The notes under the pieces are model-generated. The model was not told the origin of the DNA. It did not search any database and saw only the letters and a program-made list of their open reading frames with translations. 64,000 nt of DNA, taken from the NCBI GenBank assembly GCA_900553025.1, contig USBT01000002.1, forward strand, positions 4,318 to 68,317, in the 5' to 3' direction. Below, piece after piece: positions 1-8,887 of the stretch. The stretch comes from an uncultured Eubacteriales bacterium. Lineage in GTDB: Bacteria; Bacillota; Clostridia; Peptostreptococcales; Anaerovoracaceae. The translations under genes and the position numbers were made by a program. Positions within the stretch are counted from its first letter, which is position 1. Every line of letters begins with the position of its first letter.

Positions 1-18
1 CATCGCTTGCTTTCTCAT
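1..18 (-). CDS. 5' start of a divergent gene running off the left edge (MRKQAM...)
   Basis: Minus strand reads AAAGGAG-aagaaag-ATG AGA AAG CAA GCG ATG, a strong RBS and ATG at 18. A minus-strand TGATATAAT extended -10 lies at 52-60. Confidence 0.55.
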
Positions 19-47
19 CTTTCTTCTCCTTTAAAAATAAAATGTAA

Positions 48-80
48 TTTAATTATATCAGATGTTTTGATATAATTAAA
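48..80. promoter_or_regulatory. Palindrome made of two back-to-back extended -10 elements (divergent promoters)
   Basis: TTTAATTATATCA-gatgttt-TGATATAATTAAA has perfect 13-bp arms. Each arm reads TGATATAAT (TGnTATAAT) pointing outward. Confidence 0.6.
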
Positions 81-129
81 GGCGGAGTCAATTTTGGCTT
101 TTGTTGCCATTGCTTTTGGTGTTTGAGCC

Positions 130-3100
130 ATGGCAGGTGTTAAGTGGAATAGAGAACAAAATATTGCAATTCACGCAAGGGCGAAGAATATACTTGTGGC
201 GGCTGCAGCGGGGTCAGGAAAGACTGCTGTAATGGTTGAGAGAGTCTTGAGGCTGATACTTTCAGGTGTTCCACTTGAGAAAATGTTGATAGTAACTTTC
301 ACAAACGCGTCGACTGCTGAAATGAAGTCGAGGATAAGAATGGCCCTCAAAGCTGGTATAGAGAAATCAAAGAACCAGAAAGAGAGAAGAATTTTTAGGG
401 AGCAGCTAGATGCACTTTCGACAGCTGACATAAGTAACTTCCACGGCTTTGCAATGAAGATAATTAATCAGTTTTTCCACAAGCTACCTGAGATTGAGCC
501 AGGGTATAGGGTCGAGGACGAACTGAAAATTAGAGCAATCTCAAGCGAAGTTGTAGAAGAATTGTTTTTTGACTATTTCAATTCACAGGATGAAAATCAC
601 GAAAAGTTCATAGCATTTCTCGATGACTATAGCAACGGCAGAAACTTTGATAGTATTAAGAACAAAATAATTGCTCTCCACGCAGAAATCAGAAACATTC
701 CTCGATATGAGGATGTAGTTCATAAAATGATCGATGACTACAAGGGTATAAAAACTCAGGATGATCTGGATGCGTATCTTGGAAGCAAGGAGAAAATTTC
801 GAAATATTACGATAACATAGTTGAAGAAAATAACTCGAAAAAGAAAAAGTCGAAGAATAAAGCTGACGAGTCTGACGAGAAAAAGAAAGAGCTTTTTAAA
901 CCGACACTGAATGCACTAACGCATGCTGCCTTTATTATGGAACTCGTGCTGGATTTTGATGACAGGTTCAGAGCAGCAAAGAAAGAGGCGGGTGTCATAG
1001 ATTTTTCGGACATTGAACATTTTGCAATCAAACTGCTTGATGAAGAGAGTGTTGCGGATTTTTATTCAAAGAAATTCGACTATATATTTGTAGACGAGTA
1101 CCAGGATACAAGTGCACTGCAAGAATATTTTATTGATAAAATTTCCAAGAAAAGCAGTCTGTTTATGGTCGGAGATATCAAGCAGAGTATATACAGGTTT
1201 AGAAATGCAGAACCCCAGATTTTCCAGGAGAAATACGATAGGTTTACACCCGAAAAAGATGCTTTGGCTGAGGTATATGGGAAAGACGGAACTGATGAAC
1301 CTACTGAGGTATACGGAAAAAACGGAACTGATGAACCTGAAGTGGATATTGCATCTTCTGTGACCAATGAGTCAGCTGGGGAGAATAAACATTCTGGAGC
1401 GGACGAGTCTGATGGCAGAGCGAATTTTGATTTTGAGGATCAATCTATAAGGATTGATCTGTCTGCAAACTATAGGAGTAAAAAATATATTCTCGATGCT
1501 GTAAATACCCTTTTTCGCGGCAGAATGGATGGATATAACGAGGAAAGTGAGCTTAAGATAGGAGCGCCAAATCCGGAGAATGTAATACACGAACCGACAT
1601 ATCACTTTGTGAATGTAGACAAAAACGAAGACGTAAACCGTGATGAACTCGAAGCCATACTTGTTGCAAAAATAATTAAGGACCATTTGGGACAGGAGTA
1701 TTTTGTTGAAGGGGATGAGGAAGATCCCGAAACGGGCGAAAAGGTAAAGATCAGCAAGAGAAAAACTCTTGAATACCAAGACATGGTTATTTTGTCGAGG
1801 ACGGTTTCGGGGTATGGAACGAATTTGGCGAAGAAGCTCGTAGAACTAGGTATACCAGCCTATGTTACGAAGAAGAGCGATTTTTTTGAAGCTATAGAAG
1901 TCAGAATTTTTCTATGCCTACTGCAGGTGGTAGAAAATAGACTTTCAGACATACCTCTTTTGGCGTTGCTTAAATCAGAAATTTATGGCTTCACGGACGA
2001 CGAACTCGCCAGGATTGCACTCATGAATGAAGAAAACTTTTACCTTAGTATGATGTCATACGTGGAATCAGGTGAACGCGAAGAGTTAATACAGAAAATA
2101 AGACGCTTTGATGAGCAAATAGAAAGGTTTAGGACGCTCGCGATAGGAGAGAGTCTTGATGAATTTTTGTGGCACTTGATGCAGGATACAAACTATTATA
2201 TGATGGCAGGAGCGATGCCACTTGGCGATGTAAGACAGGCTAATCTTCAGTATCTAATAGAACTCGCATTGGACTATGAGGAAAGGGGTAATTTGGGGCT
2301 GGCAGGATATCTTGACATGCTAAATCGCATCAAAATAGACGAAAATCTCAATATGGAAGAGGCTGATGTAACAGGAGAAGGTTCAAATGCTGTAAAGATT
2401 GCGAGCATACACTGGAGTAAAGGCCTTGAATTTCCAATGGTAATTTTGACGGGATATAATCGCAAGATGAATAGGGCAAGCTATAACTGGAACTTCCACA
2501 AGGATATCGGACTTGCACTCAAGTCGATCAACCCGAATAAGGTCAAACCAGATGATACGATATTGACTAGGCTAATCAAAGACATCAAGGACAATGAGGA
2601 AGATGAAGAGTCGATGAGGGCACTTTATGTCGCATTGACGAGGGCAAAGGATTTCCTTTATGTCGTAGGTGTGCAGCCGAAGATGAATTATAAGTCGCTA
2701 AACACCCTTGTTGAGTGGAATGGGAAGAGGCAGGACTATGTAGCTGATGATATTTTAGAATTTGAACAAGAAATTATGGGTAGCTATAACGAGCGTCGAG
2801 AAGGCACAAAACATTTCGCTGAGAATGGGGATAGTGCGGAGATTTTTGATGAGTCTGTGTTTGAAAATGTCAAACGGAAACTTGAGTATGTATATCCATA
2901 TGAATATGCCAAAGATATAAAGCCAAAGTATACGGCGACTGAGATTAATAAATGGCGACCTGATGAGAATGAATTTTTTGAGTTCTCGAGCAGATCGGGA
3001 TCTGTAGCTAAGAAGGCTGAGTTAAAAAACACTTCAGAGCTTGCAACGCCTCGATTTCTTGCAGGAAAGCAAACATTATCTGCTTCTCGACGAGGTAGTC

Positions 3101-3876
3101 TTTACCACAAAATATTAGAAATGTGTGATTACCAAGCTGCAGTTGCGGCAACCGTGAAAGATTGTGAAGATGTGAAATGGTCAGATTCTGAGGATTACAA
3201 AACTATTAATAAAGACTCCTCTAATGACTCCTCAATTTCGGCGCCGTCAGGCTTGCCGATTTCGTCAAATGCATATTTGAATGAACTGGTTTCTAATCTT
3301 GTGAAAAAAGAGATTATAAATGCAGATGAATTGACGCAAATTTCACTCGATAATATATGTCAATTCTTTGAAAGTAACCTTGCGGAGAGAATGGCAATTG
3401 CAGAGGCTAAAGGTCAACTTTATAAAGAGAAACAATTCATTTATATGTCAACACCGAAAAATGAATTTTTTACTTCATCCGAAGAGATGTTAATAAATGC
3501 GAATAACTTTGATATCTCAAATAATTCTGAACTTTTAGGAGAAAATATAATTGTCCAAGGAATAATCGATGCCTTCTTTATAGAAGAAAATGAAAACGGA
3601 GAGAAGCACTTTGTACTGGTGGACTTTAAGACAAACTGGCTCAATGAAAACAATCTGGATAGAGAAATTCATAGGCTGAAGGAATTATACAAAAGACAGA
3701 TGCTGACTTACGAGAAAGCTCTGAAACACAGCAATTATGCAGACCAAATATATATCGGAGAACGCAACAAATCCTGTTTTAAAATGGATAGCTCCCAATA
3801 TTTCGATACGGGTATGGAACCTGAGATTGAAAAAATCATTTATCATATTGGGACAAATATCTGTATTAAATATTAA
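130..3876 (+). CDS. addA: ATP-dependent helicase/nuclease subunit A (AddA, UvrD-like helicase plus RecB-type nuclease)
   Basis: Motifs AAAGSGKT, VTFTNA, FVDEYQD, VGDIKQSIYRFR, NYRS, SIHWSKGLEFP and LYVALTRA, plus a C-terminal QGIID...VDFKT...Q..TY nuclease motif. Confidence 0.9.
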   Translation: MAGVKWNREQNIAIHARAKNILVAAAAGSGKTAVMVERVLRLILSGVPLEKMLIVTFTNASTAEMKSRIRMALKAGIEKSKNQKERRIFREQLDALSTADISNFHGFAMKIINQFFHKLPEIEPGYRVEDELKIRAISSEVVEELFFDYFNSQDENHEKFIAFLDDYSNGRNFDSIKNKIIALHAEIRNIPRYEDVVHKMIDDYKGIKTQDDLDAYLGSKEKISKYYDNIVEENNSKKKKSKNKADESDEKKKELFKPTLNALTHAAFIMELVLDFDDRFRAAKKEAGVIDFSDIEHFAIKLLDEESVADFYSKKFDYIFVDEYQDTSALQEYFIDKISKKSSLFMVGDIKQSIYRFRNAEPQIFQEKYDRFTPEKDALAEVYGKDGTDEPTEVYGKNGTDEPEVDIASSVTNESAGENKHSGADESDGRANFDFEDQSIRIDLSANYRSKKYILDAVNTLFRGRMDGYNEESELKIGAPNPENVIHEPTYHFVNVDKNEDVNRDELEAILVAKIIKDHLGQEYFVEGDEEDPETGEKVKISKRKTLEYQDMVILSRTVSGYGTNLAKKLVELGIPAYVTKKSDFFEAIEVRIFLCLLQVVENRLSDIPLLALLKSEIYGFTDDELARIALMNEENFYLSMMSYVESGEREELIQKIRRFDEQIERFRTLAIGESLDEFLWHLMQDTNYYMMAGAMPLGDVRQANLQYLIELALDYEERGNLGLAGYLDMLNRIKIDENLNMEEADVTGEGSNAVKIASIHWSKGLEFPMVILTGYNRKMNRASYNWNFHKDIGLALKSINPNKVKPDDTILTRLIKDIKDNEEDEESMRALYVALTRAKDFLYVVGVQPKMNYKSLNTLVEWNGKRQDYVADDILEFEQEIMGSYNERREGTKHFAENGDSAEIFDESVFENVKRKLEYVYPYEYAKDIKPKYTATEINKWRPDENEFFEFSSRSGSVAKKAELKNTSELATPRFLAGKQTLSASRRGSLYHKILEMCDYQAAVAATVKDCEDVKWSDSEDYKTINKDSSNDSSISAPSGLPISSNAYLNELVSNLVKKEIINADELTQISLDNICQFFESNLAERMAIAEAKGQLYKEKQFIYMSTPKNEFFTSSEEMLINANNFDISNNSELLGENIIVQGIIDAFFIEENENGEKHFVLVDFKTNWLNENNLDREIHRLKELYKRQMLTYEKALKHSNYADQIYIGERNKSCFKMDSSQYFDTGMEPEIEKIIYHIGTNICIKY
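1268..1339 (+). repeat. In-frame 36-bp tandem duplication inside addA (EVYGKDGTDEP / EVYGKNGTDEP)
   Basis: ctgaggtatatgggaaagacggaactgatgaaccta (1268-1303) is followed by ctgaggtatacggaaaaaacggaactgatgaacctg (1304-1339). Confidence 0.95.
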
Positions 3877-3883
3877 GAAATGT

Positions 3884-3907
3884 GTGATTTAGCACATTTT
3901 AGGGTAT
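3884..3907 (+). promoter_or_regulatory. Possible SigB-type promoter upstream of ureohydrolase-mscL-ferritin
   Basis: GTGATT-N12-GGGTAT. The -10 matches the SigB consensus GGGTAT; the -35 is only a partial match to GTTTWW. Confidence 0.3.
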
Positions 3908-4018
3908 AAAGTCCTAAGACTGATGATTGATGCAATTTGTGATGCAGATTTTATTGCGTAAATTTCTCGTTGATGAATATAGCGAATATTAAAATCTGGG
4001 TTGCACATGGAGGTAATG

Positions 4019-4963
4019 ATGAGAAACAGAAATATGTATTCTGAGATGGAAAGCACTTGGTTCGGATTAAACGAACCGGAGATTTCAGAGGTCAGTTCAG
4101 ATGTTGTTGTATTCGGAATACCATTTGATGGTAGCGAAAGCGGTAGGGGGGCAGCAGCTGAAACTCCTGATCTTTTGAGGCGAAATACAATGGAGGCTAG
4201 TCCTTGTACGGAAGATCTCGATTTTTTCGATCAGCTCAAGGTGTATGACGGGGGAGACTTCAGGGGCACAGACAGAGAAACGATATACAAAGAAGTCGAA
4301 GATTACGTAGCATCAATTGTGGATATGCGGAAGAAATTCACAATGATAGGTGGAGACCACAGTGTATCTATTCCAGTTATGAAGGGAATTGACAGAGAAA
4401 TTTCTGGAAGCCTTGGAATCATCAACATGGGCGCATATCTTGACCTTAAAGACGATGAAGATGGAGATAACTTGAGCAGTTCAACTGTTATGAGTCGCGT
4501 TCTTGAGCTTGAATCTGTTACTGGTCCTGAAAACATATACAACATCGGAATACGAGCACTGAATAGACAGGAGTTTGACAAGGTCAAAGCTGGTAAATTC
4601 AACGTAAAGACAGCAAAAGATTGTTTTACCTTCGGGGCAGAAGCAGTTGCGATGGACTGCGTGTCAAAGATGAAGGAATTCGACAGGGTGTATTTGACAT
4701 TTAACATCGATGTTCTCGATCCTGGATATGCAGCAGGAACTGGAATGCCTCAGATGGGAGGGCTCACACCTAGGATGGTGTTTGACATGCTGACTATTTT
4801 GTTCAGCCGATTGAATATTATAGGGTTTGATATGGTTGAAATTGCACCAGCTCTTGATGATAGCCTTACTGCGATGTATGCGGGTAGGAGACTCGTGAAG
4901 CAGATGTGGGCTCACTGGGCATCCAAACTCGGAAAACTTGAAAAGTTAAATGATAAGGAATAA
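4019..4963 (+). CDS. Arginase/agmatinase (ureohydrolase) family protein with degenerate metal site
   Basis: Motifs GIPFD, GGDHS, GIR, IDVLDPGYAAGTG..QMGGL and GFDMVEIAP. Start moved to the ATG after GGAGG (4009-4013). DAHxD is replaced by GAYLD and DxD by NID. Confidence 0.85.
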   Translation: MRNRNMYSEMESTWFGLNEPEISEVSSDVVVFGIPFDGSESGRGAAAETPDLLRRNTMEASPCTEDLDFFDQLKVYDGGDFRGTDRETIYKEVEDYVASIVDMRKKFTMIGGDHSVSIPVMKGIDREISGSLGIINMGAYLDLKDDEDGDNLSSSTVMSRVLELESVTGPENIYNIGIRALNRQEFDKVKAGKFNVKTAKDCFTFGAEAVAMDCVSKMKEFDRVYLTFNIDVLDPGYAAGTGMPQMGGLTPRMVFDMLTILFSRLNIIGFDMVEIAPALDDSLTAMYAGRRLVKQMWAHWASKLGKLEKLNDKE

Positions 4964-5065
4964 TTTTAGAATCAGCATGGCTGGTCGGAGCCAAAGGATG
5001 GACGGCCAGCTCCATGATTAGTATCAAGACGACGAATCAAAAAATAAAAATAGGAGAAACAGAAA

Positions 5066-5446
5066 ATGAAAGGCTTTATAAAGGAGTTTAAGGAATTTAT
5101 TTCAAGGGGCAACGTGATTGACCTAGCGGTTGCAGTCGTTATAGGCGGAGCGTTTACTAAGATTGTAAACTCTTTAGTTGACGATATCATAATGCCTATA
5201 ATCGGAGTTATAATCGGAGGCATAAACTTCGAAAATCTTATGCTTACAGTTGGAACAGCTGAGATCAAATACGGAATGTTCATTCAGGCAGTTGTTAACT
5301 TCTTACTGATAGCTCTTGTTATATTCACTATTATCAAAGCTATAAACAAATTCAAGAAGAAGGAAGAAGAAAAGCCCGAGGAACCTGCAGCACCTTCAGA
5401 AGACATTGTTTTGCTCACCGAAATCAGAGATCTTCTTAGGAAGTAG
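5066..5446 (+). CDS. mscL: Large-conductance mechanosensitive channel
   Basis: [43 protein letters not shown] and a C-terminal LLTEIRDLL. Confidence 0.97.
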   Translation: MKGFIKEFKEFISRGNVIDLAVAVVIGGAFTKIVNSLVDDIIMPIIGVIIGGINFENLMLTVGTAEIKYGMFIQAVVNFLLIALVIFTIIKAINKFKKKEEEKPEEPAAPSEDIVLLTEIRDLLRK

Positions 5447-5505
5447 TCAAAATTTTTGCCAATATGCATATATTAACTAGTAAAGATATATAAGGAGGAA
5501 TTGAA

Positions 5506-6015
5506 ATGAAACTTGACAAGAAAATGGTAAAGTTGTTAAACGAACAGTTTAATGCTGAGATGTATTCGGCATATTTGTACCTTGATTTTTCGAATTACTT
5601 TGAAGAAAAGGGATTGAACGGATTTGCAAACTGGTACATGATTCAGGCAAAGGAAGAAATGTCACATGCTATGATGTTCTATAATTACATTCACGAAAAC
5701 GACGGAGCACTTAAGCTGGAGGCAATTGCTAAGCCTGAGGGAAATTACAAGGATGACCTTACAGTGCTAAATGAGGCGCTTAAACACGAGGAATATGTAA
5801 CAAGCTTAATTAATAACATGGTTTATGAAGCACGCGACCTTAAGGACCTCAGAACAGAGCACTTCCTAGCATGGTTTGTAAATGAACAGGCTGAGGAAGA
5901 GGCTAATGCAAACGATTTAATTACAAAATACGAGTTATTTGCAAAGGACGGCAAGGGTCTATATGCTCTTAATGATGAGCTTGCAGGAAGAACATTTACT
6001 CCACCGCAGATTTAA
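5506..6015 (+). CDS. ftn: Non-heme ferritin
   Basis: LNEQFNAEMYSAYLY, GFANW...QAKEEMSHA, ALKHEEYVTSLIN and FLAWFVNEQAEEE ferroxidase-centre pattern. RBS AAGGAGG. Confidence 0.93.
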   Translation: MKLDKKMVKLLNEQFNAEMYSAYLYLDFSNYFEEKGLNGFANWYMIQAKEEMSHAMMFYNYIHENDGALKLEAIAKPEGNYKDDLTVLNEALKHEEYVTSLINNMVYEARDLKDLRTEHFLAWFVNEQAEEEANANDLITKYELFAKDGKGLYALNDELAGRTFTPPQI

Positions 6016-6107
6016 GGGAAATCTCGGGACGTAAACCCCATTAATGCATCCCTACTAATTTGACTTTTAGTTTTTACAAAATAGTAGCTCAAATATGGGT
6101 TAATAAT

Positions 6108-6141
6108 ATGCTCTGCGGTCCGTTTGGCTGTGGAGCATTTT
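6108..6141 (+). terminator. Probable intrinsic terminator after ferritin
   Basis: atgctctgcggtc / ggctgtggagcat stem with several G-U pairs, followed by TTTTG. Confidence 0.5.
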
Positions 6142-6253
6142 GTTCACTTCGGAATGAAATCAAAGCAGAAGTCCATATTAAAGTTTTTTTGAAAACAGAA
6201 ATAGTAGCATGTTGAGGGAAAGCTTGAAATAGAATCCTAAAAAGGAGGTTTAT

Positions 6254-8887
6254 TTGAAAAAGGAAAAATACATTGTAACGGGAATGACATGCGGAGCCTG
6301 CTCTGCCAGGGTTGAAAAAGCAGTCAATAAGCTTGAGGGCACAAGTCATGTTCAGGTCAACCTACTCACTGGTTCCATGATGATTGAAAGGGATGAGGGC
6401 AAACTAAAGGTAGCGGACATAGAAGAAGCCGTAAGCAAAGCAGGTTACTCTGCGAAATTGTCGGTCAAAGAGAATTTCTCAAATCGAGGAATAGAACTCT
6501 CCACAATCTCTGATATGGGAAATAAATCTAAAGAATCTGGAGCTTGTGAACTAAACAGAAAACGAGGCTATGAAGCCCAAGACATCAGCATAGGAGAGCT
6601 TCATAGAAAAGAAGCTGAGAGAAAGAAAATTACTTTTTTGCTTTCTCTAATATTCTTAATTCCAATGATGTACTTCAGCATGGGTCCAATGCTCATAAGC
6701 ATGATTTCGCCTCCATTCGAGATTACGACAGGACTGCCGCTAGCGAACACTCTAACACAGTTTATATTACTCATACCAATAATATATCTGAATAGGGATT
6801 ATTTTATTAAGGGAATACCTGCACTTATTAACGGTAATCCTAACATGGACAGTCTCATAGCAATAAGTGCGTCAGTATCAACAGCCTATGGTATATTCAT
6901 GATGTATCAAATTATTTATGGCAACATGTTTCACGACATATACTTTGAGTCAGCTGGGATGATTTTGACCCTGATAACGATGGGCAAGTATTTGGAAGCA
7001 AGGAGCAAGGGAAAGACAACCGATGCCATAGAAAAACTCATGACCCTCGCACCTAAAAAGGTAATCATAGAATCTGACGGCATTGAAAAACAAATTCCAC
7101 TCGAAGATTTGGTAGTTGGAGACATCTTAATCATAAAGCCGGGGCAGACTATAGGAGCAGATGGCACCGTTATTTCAGGTGAAAGCTGGGTTGACCAGTC
7201 TGCAATCACTGGAGAAAGTATTCCAGTAGCGAAAAAAGCTGGTGATGGAGTGATATCTGCGACTATTAATCAGAACGGAATCCTTAGGGCCAGGGCTGAG
7301 AGAGTCGGTGAAAACAGCACAATTAATCAGATAATCAATCTCGTTAACGAAGCAAGCGCGAGCAAGGCACCGATTGCAAATATGGCGGATAAGGTGGCAG
7401 CTATATTTGTACCAGCGATAATAGCTATTTCGATAATTACATTTATATTATGGATGATTTTTGACGGAAACCTTTCCATGGCAATAAACTGCGCAGTGAG
7501 CGTCCTTGTAATTTCCTGCCCTTGTGCACTTGGACTTGCGACACCAGTTGCAATCATGGTTGGGACTGGTAAGGGAGCTGAGGGAGGCATACTAATTAAA
7601 AGCGGTGAAGCACTTGAAATCCTTCACGAAATAAACACCGTGCTCATGGACAAAACTGGTACGATAACCGAAGGAAAACCAAAGGTGACGGACATAATTC
7701 CTACAGGTCTGGATGTCAATGAGCTTCTAACAATCGCAGCTGCACTCGAGAAAAACTCTGAACATCCGCTCGGAGAAGCAATTCTACTAGAACAAAACAG
7801 GTGCATGCCAAATACAAATCTACCTGATGTCGAGCATTTCAAAGCGTTATTTGGTAAGGGAGTAAGGGGTAAAATCGGTGATAAATCCTACGTTGGCGGC
7901 AACAGAGCTCTAATGGACGATATGAACATAAATATCTCCAATAAAGATGCTGATGTTATAAATAAGCTTTCTGACGAGGGGAAGACACCTATGATTTTCG
8001 CTGAAGCAGAAGAAGAAAAAATCATAGGTATTATAGCTGTTGCGGATGTTCCAAAGCCTGATAGCAGAGCTGCCATTGCTGCTTTTGAAAGATCTGGCGT
8101 TGAGGTTGTGTTGCTAACAGGGGATAATGCGCGCACAGGTGAAGCTACTGCAAGAAGCTTGGGTATCAAACGCATCATATCCGAAGTAATGCCTCAGGAT
8201 AAGGAAGCAGAGGTTAAGAAACTACAGGATATAGGGAAAAAGGTTGCGATGATTGGTGACGGCATAAACGACGGACCAGCACTCGCACGAGCAGATGTTG
8301 GTATAGCAATAGGCGCTGGCACCGATGTAGCGATTGAAAGTGCTGATGTAGTGCTTATTAATAACAGCTTGACGGATGCCTTTGGTGCCTACAAGCTTTC
8401 TAATGCAGTCATAAGGAATATAAAGGAAAATCTGTTTTGGGCATTCTTCTACAATATCATACTCATACCAGTTGCAGCGGGAGTTCTATATCCGATTTAC
8501 GGGATAGTATTGAACCCAATGATGGGAGCAGCCGCAATGAGTATTTCAAGCTTTTGTGTTGTTATGAACTCACTTAGACTTAGATGGTTTAAAAAGGACA
8601 CAGATATCACTGAGAACTTGACTAAAACAGAAGATATGAATATTATAGATAATGATAAATCAGATTTTGAGGAGACAAAATATATGAGAACATATGAACT
8701 TAATGTTAAGGGTATGATGTGCGAGAATTGTGTCAAGCATGTTGAAAAGGCACTGTTATCAATGGATGGTTTAACTTCCGTTGATGTTGATCTTGATAAT
8801 GCAAAAGCCACTGTTAAATCAAGTGTTGAAATCAGCATGGATGAATTTAAGAAAGTAATTGAAGAGGCGGGATATGAATTGGTCTAA
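6254..8887 (+). CDS. copA: Cu(I)-translocating P1B-type ATPase with N- and C-terminal HMA domains
   Basis: TTG start after AGGAGG. Motifs GMTCGAC, TGES, CPCALGLATP, DKTGT, SEHP, TGDN, GDGINDGPAL, YN and MSISS (Cu+ signatures), plus a C-terminal GMMCENC domain. Confidence 0.95.
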   Translation: MKKEKYIVTGMTCGACSARVEKAVNKLEGTSHVQVNLLTGSMMIERDEGKLKVADIEEAVSKAGYSAKLSVKENFSNRGIELSTISDMGNKSKESGACELNRKRGYEAQDISIGELHRKEAERKKITFLLSLIFLIPMMYFSMGPMLISMISPPFEITTGLPLANTLTQFILLIPIIYLNRDYFIKGIPALINGNPNMDSLIAISASVSTAYGIFMMYQIIYGNMFHDIYFESAGMILTLITMGKYLEARSKGKTTDAIEKLMTLAPKKVIIESDGIEKQIPLEDLVVGDILIIKPGQTIGADGTVISGESWVDQSAITGESIPVAKKAGDGVISATINQNGILRARAERVGENSTINQIINLVNEASASKAPIANMADKVAAIFVPAIIAISIITFILWMIFDGNLSMAINCAVSVLVISCPCALGLATPVAIMVGTGKGAEGGILIKSGEALEILHEINTVLMDKTGTITEGKPKVTDIIPTGLDVNELLTIAAALEKNSEHPLGEAILLEQNRCMPNTNLPDVEHFKALFGKGVRGKIGDKSYVGGNRALMDDMNINISNKDADVINKLSDEGKTPMIFAEAEEEKIIGIIAVADVPKPDSRAAIAAFERSGVEVVLLTGDNARTGEATARSLGIKRIISEVMPQDKEAEVKKLQDIGKKVAMIGDGINDGPALARADVGIAIGAGTDVAIESADVVLINNSLTDAFGAYKLSNAVIRNIKENLFWAFFYNIILIPVAAGVLYPIYGIVLNPMMGAAAMSISSFCVVMNSLRLRWFKKDTDITENLTKTEDMNIIDNDKSDFEETKYMRTYELNVKGMMCENCVKHVEKALLSMDGLTSVDVDLDNAKATVKSSVEISMDEFKKVIEEAGYELV
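8618..8646 (+). promoter_or_regulatory. Candidate sigma-A promoter inside copA
   Basis: TTGACT (8618-8623), 17-nt spacer, TATTAT (8641-8646), in the AT-rich linker before the C-terminal HMA domain. Confidence 0.45.
8684..8887 (+). CDS. Candidate nested in-frame CopZ-like copper chaperone (67 aa) from an internal start in copA
   Basis: GAGGAG (8669-8674) lies 9 nt before the in-frame ATG at 8684. The product MRTYELNVKGMMCENCVKHVEKALL...EEAGYELV is exactly one HMA domain. Confidence 0.5.
   Translation: MRTYELNVKGMMCENCVKHVEKALLSMDGLTSVDVDLDNAKATVKSSVEISMDEFKKVIEEAGYELV

Noticed and set aside
6460..6620. E. coli-type frameshift site after the N-terminal HMA domain of copA
   Set aside because: No CCCAAAG or other clear slippery heptamer found in this linker.
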